The notes under the pieces are model-generated. The model made no database searches and was not told where the DNA came from. It worked only from the letters and a program-made list of their open reading frames with translations. Source: Octopus vulgaris (lineage: Eukaryota). Taken from it: a stretch of 64,000 nucleotides of DNA. The DNA is taken from assembly GCA_951406725.2 (NCBI GenBank), contig OX597840.1, positions 28,644,001-28,708,000 on the forward strand. Reading direction: 5' to 3'. The number at the start of each line of letters is the position of its first letter. The stretch's first letter is position 1. The position numbers and the translations under genes were made by a program. Below, piece after piece: positions 56,862 through 64,000 of the stretch.

Positions 56862-57368
56862 CTAACTATTTATCTATCTGTCTATCTGTCTGTTTGTCTA
56901 TCTATCTATCTAGCTAGCTAGCTAACCAGCTAGCTAGCTATATATATGTATCTAGCTATTTATCTATTTGTCTGTCTGTCTATCTGTCTATTGATCGTTT
57001 TTTTTCCTCTTCCCCTTTTTTCCCCCATTTTTCTTCTTTTTTTCATTTTTCTTTTCTTTTGTTTCTTTTCCCCTTTTTCTTTTTTTTCTTTTCCCTTTTC
57101 CTTTTTTTCTTCCCCTTTTAAGATCCCTTTTGATCGAAAACCTAGGCCATCTTTTTTTTTTTTCTTTTCTTTCATCCCCCAAAAGAAAAGCTCTACCTTG
57201 TAACTTGTCCAATCTGTGTGCAGCCCTGTGTGGCCAATAAAGAAACTTATCTGTCTGTGTGTCTATTTATTTGTCTGCTTGTCTGTCTACCTATCTGTTT
57301 GTCTGTGTGTCTGTCTGTATGTATGTTTATTTATGCAAATAGTAAACGTGTTTATCTGCCACGGCAAG

Positions 57369-57405
<37 letters not shown>

Positions 57406-57764
57406 TCTATCTAGGAGTGTTGCCTGAGTGATGTGAGTGGACTGATGTGCTGTTGGATTATCCTGTGTTGTCTTAACGAGAACAGTCACTTATGATGTCA
57501 TCAAGGTGAGACTTTAGGTAAACAACATGATGGAGGGAGTGGGGAAGCAGCTAAGACAGGGTGTGGGGGGGGGTAACAGTGGTGGTTGAGACATAGTCTA
57601 ATGTTGTAGACACACACACACACACACATACTAACCTGTTCTCACTTGTTGTGTCATATACTTCAACTTGTCAATGACACACAGACATTCATACACATAC
57701 ACACACATACACACACATACATGTATGTGTAAAGGCAAACTGAAAGGCGTCTGTTGAATATATA

Positions 57765-57969
57765 CTCTTTCACTTGTTTCAGTCATTTGACTGCGGCCAT
57801 GCTGGAGCACCGCCTTTAGTCGAGCAAATCGACCCCGGGACTTATTCTTTGTAAGCCTGGTACTTATTCTATCCGTCTCTTTTGCCGAACCGCTAAGTGA
57901 CGGGGACGTAAACACACCAGCATCGGTTGTCAAGCAATGCTAAGGGGACAAACACAGACACACAAACAG

Positions 57970-58005
<36 letters not shown>

Positions 58006-58170
58006 ATACATACGACAGGCTTCTTTCAGTTTCCGTCTACCAAATCCACTCACAAGGCATTGGTTGACCCGGGGCTATAGCAGAAGACAGTTGCCCAAGA
58101 TGCCACGCAGTGGGACTGAACCCAGAACCATGTGGTTGGTAAGCAAGCTACTTACCACACAGCCACTCCA
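57765..58170 (-). mobile_element. SINE family A (full)
   Basis: Matches family A. Confidence 0.85.
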
Positions 58171-59093
58171 GCCACTCATGTTTTAAAAAAAACATGTATT
58201 TTTTTTAAAGTTTAATTTTTCTTAAAGAAATAACTCTGTGCTGCTTACCCACCTCTCCCACCCATCACCCACCTCTCCCACCCATTGCCTACCCTCTTTC
58301 AAAAAGCTAAAACCTCCCAATGTTCCACTTTTGTCTGATGTTTCACGCATGCATAGAATTTTACTGAAATAGCAGATATAAGAAATACCAGACCACCACC
58401 ACCAGAAAACCTGACATGCTAGAAACAACAGGTAAATGACATTATTTCTGAAGAAACTTTCCCACTTTCCAAAAAAGCTAAAAGTGAAACATGGGAGTTT
58501 GTAGCTTTTTGAAAGTGGTGAGGTGATGGGTGGATGGTTGAGAAGGAAATTTTAGTATTTCTTTAAGAAAAAAGGAAGAAGAAAATTCTTAAAGATTTGT
58601 ACTCTCTGTTTTTTTATTCTGTGAATTACCAAGAAAAAAATTTGGTAAAAAATAAAAATGAAGAAATTGGTGTGGGGAGGGAGAACATAAAAATATTGAG
58701 AACATGTTTCTTGGGTGAAATCCTAATCTCATGTAACAAAAATATAGGAATCAGAAGAAATTTAGGAACAAAATAAGGTGGTGGGTGTGTAAATGTCACC
58801 TTGGACATGCTAGAAACAACGGGTAAAGGTGAGGATTTCTGGGAAAACTTCCTAATAAGTTTATATTGAAGATCAGGTTTTTAAATACACTCATCACAAG
58901 CAAAGATTACAGAATAGAAAAAGGTAATTTCAATTGGATTTGAGCTGTAATTTTGCATGTGCACACAGCAAGGAATAGAACAATTCATAAAGAAGTTTTA
59001 CTTAGAGTGTGTGTGTATGTGTGTGTGTGTGTGTGCCAAAGGGAGTTATTTTATGGCATTCTTTTGTTTGAAGCAGCAAAGTTGTCAACTTCA

Positions 59094-59255
59094 GGTGCAG
59101 GAGTGGCTGTGTGGTAAGTAGCTTGCTTACCAGCCGCATGGTTTCGGGTTCAGTCCCACTGCGTGGCACCTTGGGCAAGTGTCTTCTACAATAGCCTCGG
59201 GCCGATCAAAGCCTTGTGAGTGGATTTGGTAGACGGATACTGAAAGAAGCCCGTC

Positions 59256-59301
<46 letters not shown>
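59094..59301 (+). mobile_element. SINE family A head truncated at its (TA)n tract
   Basis: The 3' half does not follow within the window. Confidence 0.8.
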
Positions 59302-59310
<9 letters not shown>

Positions 59311-59320
59311 TATAGAAGGA

Positions 59321-59369
59321 GCTTCTACAGGACTAGTACTGTTTCATTCAAGAGAAATCTTCAGGAAGC
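59321..59369 (-). ncRNA. Degenerate hammerhead-like motif
   Basis: Minus strand GCTTC-CTGAAGA-tTTC-tctt-GAAt-GAAAC-AGTACTA-GTC-ctgta-GAAGC. Confidence 0.4.
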
Positions 59370-60317
59370 TATTTAACAAGAATTGTATTAGCATTTATAC
59401 ATTTAGGCAGGTTTAAAGGAGTGGTGGTGGGGGACTTTTGGGGGTAGGCATAGCGCAAAATATCATACTTGGGGGAGTGGTCAAGGAGTCAGTGGTAAGT
59501 TAGATGAAAGAATAGATAAATAAAAAAATAAAAAAATAAAAAAATAAAAAATAAAAAATAAAAAATAAAAAATAAAAAAATAAAAAAATAAAAAAAAAAA
59601 ATAAAAAAAAAAAAAATAAAAAAATAAAAAATATAAAAAATATATATAAAAAAATATATAAAATATATATATAAAAAAAATATATATATAAAAATATATA
59701 TATAAAAAAAGGGGGATAGAGTTATAGGTAAATAAGGAGATTCTCACTTATACCTATACACACATGTATACGTATCTACACACACACACATACATACACA
59801 TATATATACACACACATATATACACACATATATATATACATATATATACATACCTACACATACACACATACATACATACAAATATACATATACATATATA
59901 TATATATATACAATCCAATACAGGCCCTTTCCCTAATTTTAATTTTATTATCTTCATTTATTACTTTTGTTATCTTTGATCGCTAGGGCTAAGAATCCTG
60001 GCAATGGCTGCATGTCCATTTGTCTGTCTACTAGAAGGCAAGTACTCATTCCCGCACGCACACTCATTAGCACGTACATTCACCCATTCGTACACTCATA
60101 CACATACACGTACACACGCGTTATATTCATACATACAAACATCTACATACGTTCACGTATATACACATACGTACTCGTACCTACAGATTCGTGTCTACAC
60201 TATAGGAGGCTAGTCTATACATATACACCAATAAATATACATATATATACACATATATATATATACCCGCATATACATACACACACACACATATATACTC
60301 CTACATACAGATACATA

Positions 60318-60373
<56 letters not shown>

Positions 60374-60406
60374 CATACACATACACACATACATATACAC
60401 ACACAT

Positions 60407-60865
60407 ACATACACATATATATACATACACAAACATATATACACACATATATATATACATACACACATACACACATACATACGTATACATACATACATAC
60501 ATCCATACATCCATACTTACATGCATTTATACGCATACACACACCCATCTATATATATGTATATATATATATATATATATATACACACTCACACATACAT
60601 ATACAAATCTACGCACACACATACATACATACACGTATACGCATACACGCACATACACATATACATGCGTACCCATACACGTGCACACACGCACGCGCAT
60701 CCATATATATACACACACACACATATATATACACGTGTGCAAGCATACATACATACTCATACGCGCACACATACTTACAAATACATATATGCACACACTT
60801 ACACACATATATATACATACACATATACGTGCATACATACATATATGCATACATACACACACGCA

Positions 60866-60911
<46 letters not shown>

Positions 60912-60974
60912 TATATACATATATAGATATATATACACATACATACACATACACATACATACACACATATACAC

Positions 60975-61017
<43 letters not shown>

Positions 61018-61228
61018 TACATATATACACATATACATACATATATATACATACACACACACATACATATATACATATACACTGATACACATACCCATAC
61101 ATACACATGCATATACTTATATCACTACATACTCACATATATAAACATATATACATATACACACATACATATATACATGTACATACACATACGTATGCAT
61201 ATATATATATATACATATATATACACAC

Positions 61229-61263
<35 letters not shown>

Positions 61264-61532
61264 TACATATACACATATACATGTATACATACGCAAAAAA
61301 AGATACACATATATACACATACACACACACAGACAGATGCATATACATACATATATATATATATATAAATATAAACTACATATCTATATAAATACATACA
61401 TAATACACATATACACACACATATATATACATTCATGCATATACATATACAAGTATACATACACATACATACACACACACGCGCACACATACATATACAC
61501 ACCCACATATACAAATACATACATACACACAT

Positions 61533-61573
<41 letters not shown>

Positions 61574-61921
61574 CATGTACACATATACATATGTATATAT
61601 ATATATCAGCAAGGGAGGGTAAAGTTATTTCAAGTGTTCAGTATGTAAAGGGACCATTATTATTTTGAGTAAACAATGTTAGAGGGAAAAAGATTCTCTA
61701 AGTAGTGGAAGAGGCTAAAAAACTTTATTGGCTGCTATTTCTAGAAAGTTTAGTATGTGGCAAAGTAATTTATTTTATTTTCCTAAGCCCTAATTATATA
61801 ATATTTTATACATACATACACATACATAAGCACATACATTTACACATACATATGCATATACATATATACACATATACATACAAACACATATACACATATA
61901 CACACACATACAAGCACATAC

Positions 61922-61952
<31 letters not shown>

Positions 61953-62463
61953 CATATGCAAATATATATACATATATATTTTTTTACATGCATACATACA
62001 CACACACACACATAATACATGCGTATATTCCTACTGTACCCATGCATTTCTATACACATATACATACATACATACGATACACATATACAAGCGTGCACAT
62101 ATAATATGTGAAAGGTCTTAGGAGAAAAGGTAACTCCCCAAATTGCATGCATAAGAAGTATGCGAACTACAAGAACTATAGACCTACCCGGCAACCTGAT
62201 TGATGACAACCCCCCTACAAACCCCCCTACAACCCCCCCCTACAAACCCCCCCCAACCCCACTGTTCCCCTAGCACCCCCGATTACCTTTTCTCCTAAGA
62301 CCTTTCACATATTATATGTGCACGCTTGTATATGTGTATCGTATGTATGTATGTATATGTGTATAGAAATGCATGGGTACAGTAGGAATATACGCATGTA
62401 TTATGTGTGTGTGTGTGTATGTATGCATGTAAAAAAATATATATGTATATATATTTGCATATG

Positions 62464-62494
<31 letters not shown>

Positions 62495-62848
62495 GTATGT
62501 GCTTGTATGTGTGTGTGTGTGTATATGTGTATATGTGTTTGTATGTATATGTGTATATATGTATATGCATATGTATGTGTAAATGTATGTGCTTATGTAT
62601 GTGTATGTATGTATAAAATATTATATAATTAGGGCTTAGGAAAATAAAATAAATTACTTTGCCACATACTAAACTTTCTAGAAATAGCAGCCAATAAAGT
62701 TTTTTAGCCTCTTCCACTACTTAGAGAATCTTTTTCCCTCTAACATTGTTTACTCAAAATAATAATGGTCCCTTTACATACTGAACACTTGAAATAACTT
62801 TACCCTCCCTTGCTGATATATATATATACATATGTATATGTGTACATG

Positions 62849-62889
<41 letters not shown>

Positions 62890-63149
62890 ATGTGTGTATG
62901 TATGTATTTGTATATGTGGGTGTGTATATGTATGTGTGCGCGTGTGTGTGTATGTATGTGTATGTATACTTGTATATGTATATGCATGAATGTATATATA
63001 TGTGTGTGTATATGTGTATTATGTATGTATTTATATAGATATGTAGTATATATATATATATATATATGTATGTATATGCATCTGTCTGTGTGTGTGTATG
63101 TGTATATATGTGTATCTTTTTTGCGTATGTATACATGTATATGTGTATA

Positions 63150-63207
<58 letters not shown>

Positions 63208-63347
63208 TATATATATATATATGCATACGTATGTGTATGTACATGTATATATGTATGTGTGTATATGTATATATGTTTATATATGTGAGTATGTAGTGAT
63301 ATAAGTATATGCATGTGTATGTATGGGTATGTGTATCAGTGTATATG

Positions 63348-63378
<31 letters not shown>

Positions 63379-63401
63379 GTATGTATATGTGTATATATGT
63401 A

Positions 63402-63438
<37 letters not shown>

Positions 63439-63501
63439 GTGTATATGTGTGTATGTATGTGTATGTGTATGTATGTGTATATATATCTATATATGTATAT
63501 A

Positions 63502-63543
<42 letters not shown>

Positions 63544-64000
63544 TGCGTGTGTGTATGTATGCATATATGTATGTATGCACGTATATGTGTATGTATATAT
63601 ATGTGTGTAAGTGTGTGCATATATGTATTTGTAAGTATGTGTGCGCGTATGAGTATGTATGTATGCTTGCATACGTGTATATATATGTGTGTGTGTGTAT
63701 ATATATGGATGCGCGTGCGTGTGTGCACGTGTATGGGTACGCATGTATATGTGTATGTGCGTGTATGCGTATACGTGTATGTATGTATGTGTGTGCGTAG
63801 ATTTGTATATGTATGTGTGAGTGTGTATATATATATATATATATATACATATATATAGATGGGTGTGTGTATGCGTATAAATGCATGTAAGTATGGATGT
63901 ATGGATGTATGTATGTATGTATACGTATGTATGTGTGTATGTGTGTATGTATATATATATGTGTGTATATATGTTTGTGTATGTATATATATGTGTATGT
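60407..64000. repeat. Large inverted repeat: arms 60407-62133 and 62283-64000 (open at window end), 149-bp spacer
   Basis: Unique island 61607-61805 reappears reverse-complemented at about 62615-62815; mirrored ORFs MEEAKKLYWLLF on both strands. Confidence 0.95.

Noticed and set aside
57415-57505. AG...GT-bounded + strand block as a further IP3R exon
   Set aside because: Stops in all three frames and no IP3R similarity.
61705-62717. Duplicated gene MEEAKKLYWLLF on both strands
   Set aside because: Mirror images produced by the palindrome; non-ATG start running into microsatellite.

Overview
Eukaryotic, extremely microsatellite- and SINE-rich DNA. The repeat landscape (tRNA-derived SINEs with internal TA/TG tracts) suggests an octopus/coleoid cephalopod genome; this is an inference. 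Nearly all listed ORFs are microsatellite artefacts. Positions 300-35188 hold 12 small + strand exons, all with AG/GT boundaries, that splice into about 424 codons of a divergent inositol 1,4,5-trisphosphate receptor (IP3R/RyR superfamily; MIR, IP3-binding core and RIH/ARM region). The gene is open at both ends and no further exon was found after a 100-N gap at 37900-37999. Mobile elements include three SINE families, a deleted mariner, non-autonomous Helitrons, GG-terminal TIR elements with 8-bp TSDs (Merlin-like), and R4/Dong-, RTE- and Penelope-like remnants. Main findings: (1) about nine type I hammerhead-ribozyme-like motifs of several unrelated sequence families, mostly sense-oriented within the channel gene span; (2) many long inverted repeats, including a palindrome with arms of at least 1.7 kb at the right end; (3) a duplicated-plus-inverted templated insertion inside a SINE microsatellite; (4) an apparent change in CpG decay across the assembly gap.
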